DNA of 64,000 nucleotides, from assembly GCA_964016885.1 (NCBI GenBank), contig OZ024758.1:23436001-23500000 (forward strand), read 5' to 3'. The stretch comes from Eledone cirrhosa (lineage: Eukaryota). The position numbers and the translations under genes were made by a program. Below the pieces are notes generated by a model. That model saw only the letters and a program-made list of their open reading frames with translations, did no database searches and was not told where the DNA came from. Of the stretch, positions 1-12,200 are shown piece by piece; position 1 is the first letter of the stretch, and each line of letters starts with the position of its first letter.

Positions 1-253
1 GCGCCCAGCCCACACTATAAATGTGAGTGATGTTAAGAAAGGCATCCAGCTGTAGAAACCAAGCCAAAATTAGTCCTGTATGAGGAAGTCATGGTCATTG
101 GACCTGGCCTGTCTCACAACAGGGCAACTCATCTAACCCATGCTAACGTGGAAAAATGGACGTTAAACAATGATGATGATGATTTCATGTAATGCACTGG
201 GTAATTGCTGGCCTTGTGCCTAAAGTAGAAACAATTATTTGTATATATATATA

Positions 254-447
254 GGGCGGTAGATTGGCAGTATCGGTAGAGGGTCGGACGCCATGCTTTG
301 ACCCCATAGAGTTACGGCCCTTGCCATTCTGAGTTCAAATCCTGCCGAGGTTAACTTTGCCTTTCATCCTTACGAGGTCGATAAAATAAAGTACCAGTAA
401 TGCACTGGGTAATTGCTGGCCTTGTGCCTAACGTAGAAACAATTATT
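254..447 (+). mobile_element. tRNA-derived SINE family A (full length)
   Basis: A box TGGCAGTATCGG, B box GAGTTCAAATCC, body GCCTTTCATCCTTACG.GGTCGATAAAAT, tail AGAAACAATTATT. Other copies: 2739-2880, 3048-3221, 17154-17281(-), 37139-37285, 38552-38742, 42354-42540, 56128-56320(-). Confidence 0.85.
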
Positions 448-744
448 TGTATATATATATATATATATATATATTTATGTTGTATCTTTTATTTTTCAGC
501 TGACTACCAAAACTTAATTGATATCAGAAACAGCATGTACCAAACAAACGTGGTTATGTTTTCTCTTGTTAATGACCCTCCTCTTTTTAGTAAGGGTTAA
601 GTCTTACCAATGTGATGGTACAAGTAAATTAAACTCTGATGTTCATTAGGTGCTTCCATTGTGTCTCAGATTCTCAGACATTGTGTTTCCATATTGTTCT
701 TATTGAAAACCTGTTCCTCATACTTAATTGCTATCAAATGAAAA

Positions 745-783
745 TAATATATATATATATATATATATAGATATATATTAGTA

Positions 784-847
<64 letters not shown>

Positions 848-1072
848 TATGTGTGTGTGTCTATATATATGAGTATGTGTGTGTGTGTATATATATTATA
901 TATAAATATAATTTGAATATATATACATTGTTTCCATATTGTTCTTATTGAAAAACTGTTCCTCATACTTAATTGCTACCAAATGAAAATAATATATATA
1001 TATGAGTATGTGTGTGTGTATATATATATATAAATATAATTTGAATAAAATATATATATAAATATAATTTGA

Positions 1073-1104
<32 letters not shown>

Positions 1105-1188
1105 ATATAATTTGAATATGAGTATGTGTGTGTGTATAAATATATAAATATAATTTGAATAAAATATATATATATAAATATAATTTGA

Positions 1189-1220
<32 letters not shown>

Positions 1221-1240
1221 ATATAATTTGAATAAAATAT
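745..1240. repeat. (TA)n-rich compound repeat with local duplications
   Basis: TA/TG tracts and repeated ATAAATATAATTTGAAT; 680-750 is duplicated at 926-995. Confidence 0.9.
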
Positions 1241-1589
1241 TTTAAAAGTTTATTTTGTCGTCATTTATTATATACTACTAAAACTCTGTGATTGTGTCTT
1301 GCCTGTAATTTGATGCAGCCAAAATGGCACAAAATGGGAAAATACTTTGAAAGGAAGTTGTCCCTGAAATGGGAATTCAAATGGAATAAAACAACTTTCA
1401 CGTAAATCGGAGCTCGGTTCCTGAGATACGGGTTTTTTTTTGGAAACATTCATAGAGAGAAAGATATAGTGGTTGTGAGAGAGTAGATTGAAATAGGGAG
1501 AGAGAGAGAGAGAGAGAGAAGAAGACAGAGAAGGAAAATGGAAGAGAGAGAGATTTGATGTGTTGTTGAATGAAATTATAAACACACAC

Positions 1590-2063
1590 ATCATCATCAT
1601 CATTTTACGTCCGCTTTTCCCTGCTTGCAAGGGTTGGACGGGTCCTATTCAGCACAGCATCACTCCACTTGTCACGGTCCTTCGTCATCTCCTTGGTGAG
1701 TTTTAGCGATCTAAGGTCTGCTCTCACCACCTCCACCCATGTTTTTCGTGGTCTACCTCTACTGCGTCTTCCCTCCACTAGGACTTCCTGGCACTTCTTC
1801 ACCCATCGGTCATCCTCCATACGCATCACATGTCCATACCATTACAGCCTTCTCTCCTGCACACCACAACTTATCCCTCTTATACCCAGTTTCTTTCTCA
1901 ACTCGTCTATGCTTGGTCGTTCACGCACATTGACATTGCACATCCAACGGATCATACTTGCTTCATTTCTCTGCAGCCGTCGCATATCTTCTGCAGTTGC
2001 TGCCCATGTCTCACTACCATGCAGCATCGCGCATCTCACACAGGCATCATATAACCGTTCTTT
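1590..2063 (-). mobile_element. 5'-truncated RTE-clade LINE 3' end
   Basis: Translates as [18 protein letters not shown]...RRL and MRMEDDRWVKKC...GRPRKTW...[11 protein letters not shown], followed by a (TGA)n tail. Confidence 0.9.
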
Positions 2064-3455
2064 CGTATATATATATATGGGCATTCCAATATAATTTTAC
2101 ATTGCATACATGTCTGTATATTTTAATTATTTAAAAATTATTTTTAAGAAAACATGATTTTGAAAGAATGTGAACGTGACCCAATTAAGTGAACGTGACC
2201 TAATTGGTCAAGCGTGGTGTAGTTTCATACTAATATCAAATGAAAGGTTAAATTGTTTTTATGGGTCACAGGGTTGTCTAATATTCTATAGTATTGATGA
2301 TATTGTGCGCCCTTTTCTTTGATTGTTTTTCTTCTTCTTGTAGCTATCGATTTGGTTACAAACCACATGAGCTCAAACTTAGCAATATTATGCTTCTTAG
2401 ATACTCAGATAACTGCATATTTGGTTTTAAATAGTTGGCAATTTTACTATATGGATGGATGGTTAAAATAGATAACCATCCATAATGATAATAATGAAAT
2501 TATTGTGTACAGTGCTCAGGTGCACTACAACTCATCAAAGGTGCATGTATAATACATAGAATAATGTACAAATGTCAGGAACACTCAATGAAGTGGGACG
2601 AATACCATAAAGCATTCTATCCACATCATAACGGCTCTGCCAATTCGCCGCCTAATAAGGACACAAAAAGGAAAGGAAAATAAGAAAAAGAGTAAGAAGA
2701 AAGAAAGGAATTAAGCAACGAAAGAAAGAGGGGGGGAAGTATCGGTAGAGGGTGGGACGTCGTGCTGTGCAGCAAAGAGTTACGGCCCTTTATGGTCTGA
2801 GTTCAAATCCCGCCGACTTTGCCTTTCATCCTTACGGGGTCGATAAAATAAAGCACCAGTAATACACTGGGATAATTACGGGGCTTTTTTTCTCAGGCGG
2901 GTTGTCGTCTTTCAGATTTTACGAATGAAATTAGCAGTGCAGGGACTGATGACAACTGAGGTCTCGACGGCAACCGGTACAAGAAAGAAGCGATCGATTA
3001 AGCGCCGGTATTTAGCAGCATATTTATCAGAATAATGTCTTTTATTAGTATCGGTAGAGGGTCGGACGCCATGCTTTCCAGCATAGTTACGTCCCTTTAC
3101 GATCTGAGTTCAAATCCCGCCGAGGTTGACTTTGCCTTTCATCCTTACGGGGTCGATAAAATAAAGTACCAGTAATACACTGAGATAATTGCTGGCCTTG
3201 TGCCAAAAGTAGAAACAATTATAAGAATTTAACCAACTAAACAACTATTAAAAAAAAATTCTCCTATTCCTGTTTTAAATTTCCTCGCAGGAATTGCTAA
3301 ATTCGTTGCTTAACAATCCCAGCTCTTTCCCTCCTTTTCCTATCATTAAAGCACTCAACGTTATATGTTTTTTTCCACGTGTCATCTGTCTATTATACAA
3401 TTAAAATCAATAAACTGCTATTCTATCATGGACAAAGGGCAGGTAACTACGAACA

Positions 3456-3541
3456 CCGGATGTGACCTTTACCGGAAGTATGATAGTGGCTGCATGGTTT
3501 CTATATATTTATTTACTTCAAACATATCATTGCCGGTAAGT
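3456..3541 (+). promoter_or_regulatory. Probable PRPF4 promoter and non-coding first exon
   Basis: Tandem ETS-like motifs CCGGATGT (3456-3463) and CCGGAAGT (3472-3479), E-box CACGTG at 3376, then a consensus donor CG|GTAAGT at 3536. The first coding exon has an acceptor (tttcag|, 6071) just upstream of the ATG, which implies an upstream UTR exon. Confidence 0.6.
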
Positions 3542-4360
3542 AATACTAAAACTGATTTTTTTGTTGTCTGCATTTAATTTTATCTTAATTATTTTTCTTT
3601 ACCATTGTTTGTCATAACAGTCTTCACCTAAATAACATATTTAGTTCCACATGACTTCTACTTTATAGTAGCTAATCCAATACTTCTGTTCGAAGTTCAA
3701 ATCTTGACAGGTAAATTTTATTTCCCTGTATCTAAAGATTTGCGACTCACTGAAATGAATAGTAACAGTAATATTCTAAGATCCTTTCAGTCGATTTAGC
3801 TAGTTAAAATAAATCATAGACGACGATGACAGAAGAATCAAACAACGTTGCATTGTTAAATTTGGTAAGAGTAGCTGCTATTTCTAGCAAGACAAACTAT
3901 TCATCAAGTCAGTTTGTCTATCCAATTATGTCTTTGGATATTCTGTACATGATACATTATGACAATGTAATCTTTTCTTTGTGGTGTAATTTAAGGGAAA
4001 TGTTGCTATTTCGAGCCTAAAACAATTTTTGGTGAGTTCGTAAGTCATTAAATATATGGCTTGCCTCAAAAGTCATTAGAGAGGTTGCCCAGTACTCCTC
4101 GTTGCTGTCTTTTGCTCTGGTGTTGGCTCCGTTGTTCACCCCTTCCTTTACATTTTCTTTAATATTGTAACATTAAAAGAATATATCTTTAATTGTGTCA
4201 TCCTTTATAGTGTTACCGAAGCATTTGTAATGTTATTTAAATATAGAGACTTGTAACTATCAGTAAAGTCCTTGAATGATAATGTTTTTATTTGAAATTA
4301 GAATACGTGGTACTGTCATGGTATTAGCTGTCAGAAGTGAAAGTAGGGAACGTTATAAAT

Positions 4361-4640
4361 ATATCTTTTAGTAGATTCTGTGGTAAACTTAAGTTTTATT
4401 CGATTTATATCTAACAAAATATTACATTACCATTTGGTGTCTTCGAGGTCACTTTGTTGTAAGTATAGAGACCAGTTCTCTGATCTGAGGATAACTCGAC
4501 ATATCTTTTAGTAGATTCTGTGGTAAAGTTCATAAGTCTTATTCGATTTATATCTAACAAAAAATATTACATTACCACTTGGTGTCTTTAACGGAATCCA
4601 CTTTGTTGTAAGTATAGAGATCAGTTCTCTAACTCGACAT
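4361..4640. repeat. ~140-bp tandem duplication
   Basis: 4361-4500 and 4501-4640 both begin ATATCTTTTAGTAGATTCTGTGGTAAA. Confidence 0.85.
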
Positions 4641-5686
4641 CGCGATGAACTCCTTTCTAATACACCTTCTCTTAGTATTGTCAGTTTGTTAGAGGGAACA
4701 AGTTTAAGTGATTTTGTAACTGTAATATTTAGATGAAAAAAAAAAGAGATTTTATAGCAATATCTCGTTGAAGTAATTTTCCTAAGATACCCAAGATCAT
4801 TAGATGAGAAAAGTCCGGTTATTCAATATATTTACACAGAATTTGTCTCAAGCACTGCACTCTAACAGACTATAATATATTTAGTTGGGGTTTTTATCTT
4901 CTCGCTATTGGTTCTCATGCTTTTGCCACCCTTGATTCACTACCTCATAGTATCATATACTTGACATGTGCATCATATATGCAAAAACAAAGTCTGAGGA
5001 AAATGATAGTGGTTTGTTTCTGTCATAAACATTACAATGAATTAAGATAAGTCTGTATACTGTGAGATTAAGAGAAATCCAATATTTCAAGACTAATTCT
5101 TTGTCAATGGAAAAGTTACGCTTTTCTCCTAAACCAATGGTTCCCAAAGTGGGTTCTGCAAAGGACTGTAAGATGGTTGTAGTGCACCTGAGAACTGTAC
5201 ACAATAATTTTCATTATTATTATTATTATCATAACATCCATGAAGGTTGGCTGGGGATCCAGCCAGATCAATTGGAGACAGTTGTTTCTGACAAGACCCA
5301 CTGGAAAGAGTGTTTGAGGACTCTGCCTCCATGATCCTCTAAGGAATAAGTGGGTGAAGAAGATGACGGGAGGATTTAATATATGGATAAACATTTTATA
5401 ATCATCAGTTTTGTATCTTAAATCTAAGGTGGTTTCTTGGAGTTTGGTTTAAAAAATGGTGGCATTACTGTCTAGATATTGGGTACTGTTTGGCAGAGTC
5501 AACTCTGTTGCAAGTATTTGGTCCCAGGCTGTAGTCTTAGAATGACACAGTATCTTTATACACTGCCGATTACAAGAGAAATTTATGAGTTTCTGTTTAA
5601 TCTTTCCTCCATCAATCCTACAGGCTCTGGCCATGAGCTGCCCATCTTCCTCTGACTAAGCAATAAATAATCTCTATTAATATATA

Positions 5687-5989
5687 GGAGGCACATGGCT
5701 TAGTAGTTAGAGCATTGGCCTTGCAATCGAAAGGTTGTGAGTTCAATTCTCAGATCGAGTGATGTGTTGTTTCCTTGAGCAAGACACTTTATTTCACATT
5801 GCTCCAGTTTACTCAGCTGTAGAAATGAGATGATAGGGACTGGGGTCCCTATCATTCCAATGTAAAGTGGTCGTGGAGGTGCCACGACAAAAAAGCACCC
5901 AGCACTCACTGTAAATGAGGTTGGTGTTAGAATCAGTTCTCGTCCCACCCTTGCAAGCAGGGAAAAGCGGACGTAAAAATGATGATGAT
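5687..5989 (+). mobile_element. tRNA-derived SINE family B with an RTE-type 3' tail
   Basis: Head GGAGGCACATGGCTTAGTGGTTAGAGC...GAGTTCAATTC; tail ACCCTTGCAAGCAGGGAAAAGCGGACGTAAAA(TGA)n. Copies: 14162-14501(-), 17980-18395, 19609-20499, 39015-39330(-), 40188-40531, 42966-43293(-), 43534-43917, 45298-45614, 60226-60577, 61126-61457(-). Confidence 0.88.
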
Positions 5990-6083
5990 AGCACAGTTTT
6001 TAGTCAAAATATCCCCCACTTTGTATTTCTTTTGTTTTCTCTTATTTAATCTTTATTTCTTTGTTTTTCAGAAGTAATCAATC

Positions 6084-6240
6084 ATGTCAGACGATGATAA
6101 GGATGTGTCTTATTATAAGAAGGACAAAGTGTTGCATTATGGGAGTCTTGAAGATCATCGTCAAAATGCTGAAAATGATTCACACCGCAAGTCGGCCATT
6201 GAAGCTGGAATAGCTGCTGGAAATATCAACATATCTGATG
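6084..6240 (+). CDS. PRPF4: PRPF4 coding exon 1 (MSDDDKDV...[11 protein letters not shown])
   Basis: Acceptor ends at 6071, ATG at 6084, donor GTTTGC at 6241, phase 1. Confidence 0.9.
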
Positions 6241-9200
6241 GTTTGCACTTTTTAATAATTCAGTAAAAATGTTATGGGGGGGGGGGGGGGTATTTAGTAT
6301 ATTCCCAATATAAGGCAGAGGATGTATGTGGCCTAGTGGTAAGGGTGTTGGATTTATGATCATAATGTCATATACTCAGCTGTAAATAAGTACCAACAAT
6401 AGCTGGGAGTTTAATCCTGCGATGGACTAATGTCCTGTCCAGTGGGGAGTCTTGTACTCTCAATCGTGGAAACCGGAATAAGCACCTCCTGATGTCACAT
6501 CACCAGTCTGGAGAGCAGATCGATTGTGGGGTTGTGTCTATAACTTCTATGGGTGACCTTGAGCCCATCTTCTGCGAAAAGTGCATAACAGGCCGATACA
6601 CAATAAATATCAAAGTAAAAGCGTTCATGTCGCTATCCCTGTCAAGTAATACCCACGTTTACTTGTGAATTCTACCAAACACTTCAAAGCCAAGCCAAAA
6701 GACGAGCAATGTCCAGAAGCTCAACGAATACTATGGCCAGATGGGGCTACAAGACCGGCCCAACCATCTGCAAATGTGGAGAGGAGGACCATACAATGCA
6801 GCACTGCCTTGTTTGCCCTCTACTACCCAACCAGTGCAGCTTAAAAGATCTCGCAGAATTTAATAATAATGCAAAGGACTGTGTAAAGAAATGGGAAACT
6901 GTCATATAACCACATGCTTCGAAGATACGAAAAGAAGAAGAAGAATATCCTACACATGTAAACGAAACTTACTCGCTTTTTCTAATATATATATGTATAT
7001 ATGAAACACAAATTTAAATTTTGAAGACCAACACAATACGTTATGGAGAACATTAGATTGCTAAGATAACAAAAGAATCTTACCTTAGCAAATTTAACAA
7101 TCGCAAATATTTTCGGGTTTAAAAACCCATTATCAAGAGAGTAACTCTATGAGAGACTTAAAATTTTAACTTAAATCTGCTCTCCAAACAAGCAAGTCAA
7201 TCCAATTGATTTTTAAGGCTCTCATAGAGTTACTCCCTTGATAATGGGTTTTTAAACCTGAAAATATTTGGGATTGTTAAATTTGCTAAGGTAAGGTTCT
7301 TTTGTTATCTTGCCAATCTAATGTTTTCCATAACGCATTGTTTGCCTTTCAAAATTTAAATTTGTGTTTCCTATTCAACAATGCTTCGAGCAAGCTTCAA
7401 ACCTCTCTCTCTATATATATATATATATATCTGTGTGTTTATGTGCCATAACTTAGCAGTTTGACAAACAAGAGATTGATAAAATGAGTACTGGGGTTGA
7501 AATACTGAACTACATCAAGGCAGTGCTTCAGCATGGCCATTGTCTAATGCCTGAAACCAATAAAATAATGTTTTCATTTCAGGTGCTGTGTTTGAAATTG
7601 AAGATGAACAAAGCGAAAGTCAAGCAGAATTACTGGCAGAATTTGAACGCAGGAAAAGGGTGAGTTACTTGATTCCAAGCCATTCTAGAATTAACTGTTA
7701 TATTTGTTTTTATTGGCTATACTTTATTGTGGGTGGTATATTCCTTTTCCAACCCATGCGAGCGTGAAAAAATAGATGTAAAAACAATGATGTTGATGAA
7801 AATATTTCTTAAAATGCCATAAATCTATACATTTCTATTTTGATATTTTCCAAGAATCATCATCACCATCATTTAACATCTATTTTCCTCGCTAGCATGG
7901 GTTAGACAGGTTTTCCCATCAGAGGCAAGTTGGGTCAGGTGACCATATCTTGCTCATATAGAACTGTTTCTGGCTAAGTTTCTACGGCTGGATGCCCTTC
8001 TTAATTTAGTCATATAAGAATATCTAGTAACATACAAACATCTAGGTGTTTGTTATATCATATCATAATTTGTTTATTTTTATGAAGCTTAACTTGAACC
8101 ACCTTCTGGATCTAAAGTCTGTCTTAAGGGAGAAGGCATGTTAAGCGGGTGCTTATCCTGGTTTCATGGCATGAAGCATGTATCACATACACCTTATAAA
8201 TATCCTTCTGGATGGTTGGGTGAGCCAACATTCCCAGATAAAGCCATTTATTCAAAATATAGTGAATTTATGTGATGACATTTATTTTAAGTATTAACAC
8301 ATCTAGGCAAGACCAGCTGTGACTACTAGTATCATTGTGATATCATGTAGAGATATCTAAATCTTGTGATAATTGTTTATTCTATAGACACCAAGCCTGT
8401 AAGGGATGGTAACGAGATTGTGTAACATTCATCTTTTTCTCAAGGACATTAATAATGTGTATGTGATATACAATAATACAGAAGACTTACATTCCTCTAA
8501 ACCAGAGTTTCCCAAATTTTTTCAAACATGGAACCCTTTTTGGTTCAGAAACTTCATGGGGAACCCTAAAGTCTAATACTGTTATATGGTCATAATATAA
8601 ATATACTCCTCTACCTTTTTATACAAAACCCACTTTGGGAACCACTGGGCTATGCTATTGTTCCAAAAGCTTCCCCTAAAATAAAAAAAAAACCCATAAA
8701 ATACCTCCATTATTTGGGATTTGTTTCGTGACACTCCTTTGGGAACCGCTGTTCTATACAAACTGGATGGAGGAGGATGTAAAAAGCAGAAAAATGTAGC
8801 AACATTTAGACCTCCCCGCTATCTAATGTCCTTACCTAGTCTTCAAACCTACATTCTTGATCTCACCCACCCCACATACTCATACTGGTACACTTTGTGA
8901 ATGGGTTGGCATTAGGAAGGAGATCCAATCATTGTAAATCAAATATTGTTTCTTTACATAGATAAAAAATCTTCATAGTTACAGTTGAAGGGAAAATAAA
9001 TTGTGTGACTTCATTACATTTCTTGTGAGTGTTTAACCTTTTAGCATTTAAACCGGCCATATCTAGCCAGAATTCTCTCACCTCTTTCATTTCAAACCGG
9101 CCGTAACTAGCTGCTCATAGTAATGTTAAGGTATTCTTAAAATAAATGTGAGATAATTCTGTATGATAAAGCCTTTACTGTGAAAATACAATTGTAAATA

Positions 9201-12200
9201 TAGAGTAATCATCATCATCATCTTCGTTTAATGGCCATCTTCCACACTAGCATGGGTTAGACGGGAGTTGTCCCACTTAAGGCAAGGTTGGTCGGGTGAC
9301 CGTGTCTCACTCATATAGGACTATCTGGTAGGTTTTCTACGGCTGGATGCCCTTCCTAACACCAACCACATTTACAGTGTGTACTGTGAATTTTTTACTG
9401 TGTCACCTACAAGGCCACATTACAGCGTGGACTGTGTTTTTTTTTTGTCGTGACACCTACACAATCTCAATCTCATTATCTCATTTATTTGGACTGGATG
9501 TTGTGGTACCAACTTTACAGAGGGAGGGTGGTGTTGGTGGGAGTGGGAGGATAGGGTAGGAGTAGTGGATTGGGGTGTATATTTGGTTAAGAGGTGCCTA
9601 CTGACTGTAGGTTTCGCTTCGTACATAGGCAAGGCGGGTCTTCTGTATTACTGCGTAGCGCCAAAGATCTCGGTCCAGTGACATGAATAGTAAAGGGTTA
9701 AAGATCTAAATATTTTATGCAATAATTTTGTATTTATTGTTTATTTTGTATCTCTCAATATCTATTGTAGGCTCGACAGATCCAAGTATCCACTGATGAT
9801 ACTGAAGTAAAAGCTACATTAAGGCAGCTTGGAGAACCTATATGTAAGTCTTAAATATATATGTATTTTTATTTCCTTTTCTATTGTATTTTCTATTATA
9901 CACACCTCACACACACCCATATACCCACCTCCCTAATCCCCACACACCCTTCCCACCAAAACCCCAATCCTGCACTGCAAAGTGGTCGTGATGGCGACAT
10001 GACAAAAAGTGCCCAGACCACACTGATAACAGGAAGGACTGGAGAGCTATGTTCGCTGATGTCTGGAACAGATCTGGTACCTGATGATGATTTAATAAAG
10101 AAAATCACCAGAGAAGGTTTTACTGCTGTTTATTTTAGGATGTCTGTACACAAATCTTTAACCCTTTAGTATTTAAACCGGCCGTATCCGGCCAGAATTC
10201 TCTGACCTCTTTCTGTTCAAACCAGCCGTAACTGGCCACTCATACTGATGTTAAGGTAGTGTTCTCAAAATAAATAACATCAAAATCTCATAGATTTGCT
10301 ATTATGTGAGATAAAGCCTTTACTACAAATATACAATAGTATATATATAGAGTAATGTAAATGATAAAGGGTTAAAACAAGTAACCATAGGATTGTATCT
10401 GAATCATTTTTCTATTAAATTATTGGTTGGATGTTAAAAATTCTTCAAACCTGTTCTTTATATTTAAATACTCTTTTCATTTGATTGTAATCTATTTTGT
10501 TGTCCAGGTCTCTTTGGAGAAGGTCCTGCTGATCGTCGAGAACGTTTGAGGCAGTTGTTAGCCCAAATTGGAGAAGATACTATAAAGAAAAAGAAAATTG
10601 AACAAGAAGAAAAGAAAAAGAAAAGAGAAGAGGTAAATTTTAAAAAATCATTCAAACTATTCCAAGTGGGTGGGGGAAGAAGAATAAAAATTTCTATGCA
10701 AATGACCAAATTAATAAAACTAAACAGTTTATGCTAACCATGAAGAATATATATTCATGCTTCCCGAAATACACCAAAACTACACCTGATGTACCCCTTC
10801 CATACACATGCACACATGTGTGTATCATGACTCGTGCACTGTTCATTTTACTGATGTTTGTGCATTGCCCTATGTACTGTACATGCACTTTTTGATGAGT
10901 TGTGGTGCACCTGGGCACTGTACACAATATTTCATTATTATTATTGTTCATCATCATCATCATCATCACCGTTTTACGTCCGTTCTTCCACGCTAGCATG
11001 GGTTAGACGGGTTGTCCTGTTGTGGGCAGTGTCTGGTCGGCTGACCATGCCTTGCTCATACAGGAACTGATCTGGCTTGATTTCTACAGCTGGATGCCCT
11101 TCCTAACACCAACCTCATTTACAGTGAGTGCTGGGTGCTTTTTCGTGGTGCCTACACGTCCACTTTACAGTGTGGGCTGGGTGCTTTTTTGCCGTGGCAC
11201 CTCCACGACCACCTTGCGGTGGGGGGGGGGGCATATTGTTTATATGCTTCAGCATGTACCCATGGGAGGTCGGGTACCCTGTATTACTGCGTGACGCCAG
11301 AAGTCACGGTCGTGTGTCATTGACTTTGAGAGGTGTAGTTGGGTAAGGTCGGCTTTTATCACCTCATCCCAAGTCATCTTGGGTCTCCCCACTCCGCGGT
11401 TTCCATCAACTTCTAGTGCTCTGCACCTTTTTATGCAGCTGTCATCCTTCATACGCATCACATGTCCATACCAGCGTAACCGCCTCTCCTGCACGCAGCA
11501 TTTGATTCCTCTTATGCTCAGTCTCTCTCTCAATTCCTTTATGCTTTGTCGTTCACGTATATTACTGTTACACATCCATCGGAGCATGCAGGCTTCGTTT
11601 CTCTCTAATCTACGTAAGTCTTCCACCTTCAGCGCCCAGGTCTCACTACCATGCAACATCGCTGTTCGGATACACGCATCATACAGTCTGCCTTTCATTC
11701 TGAGGGAGAAGCCTTTTGCAGCTAGCAGTGGTAGTAGTTCCCTAAACTTCTTCCATCCCGTTCTTACCCTAGTTATTGTACTTTCTGAGCACCCACCTCC
11801 GTTGATAATTCGTTGTTGTTATTATATCATGACTCATACACTGTTCATTTTCCTGACATTTGTACATTATTCTATGTACTATACATGCACCTGAGCACTG
11901 TACACAATAATTTCATTATTATTATTATTATTATATGTAAAACCATTTTGAAAATGTTGCACTGCTCTTTTTATATTTGTTTTATGTTTTATTTAGGAAA
12001 ATATTACATGGTATCATGAAGGCTCAAACACATTAAAAGACTCTCGGTATTGGCTAGCACTTTATTCTATTCCAAGGTAAGTGAAACTGTGTTTAATTTA
12101 ACCCTTTAGCATTTAAACTGGCTATATCCGGCCAGAATACTCTCACCTCTTTCTGTTTCTAACTGGCTGTAACTAGTCACTCATACTGATGTTATGGTAT

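Noticed and set aside
500-2431. Exon-like segments at 500-589, 1319-1401 and 2344-2434 as an upstream gene
   Set aside because: The splice-like boundaries are present, but the phases do not all join and the peptides are unrecognisable. RNA-seq would be needed.
2936-3040. TGATGA/CTGA as a C/D box snoRNA
   Set aside because: The boxes are too close together, with no terminal stem or recognisable guide sequence.
5687-5760. SINE heads as true tRNA genes
   Set aside because: The acceptor stems do not close and the heads continue into SINE bodies.
5700-5994. Recurrent small ORFs ending [17 protein letters not shown]
   Set aside because: Antisense translations of SINE B copies, not a gene family.
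10020-10110. CTGATGA...GAAA as a hammerhead
   Set aside because: Stems I and III do not close. The motif is the stop codon plus (TGA)n tail of a LINE 3' end ([19 protein letters not shown]).
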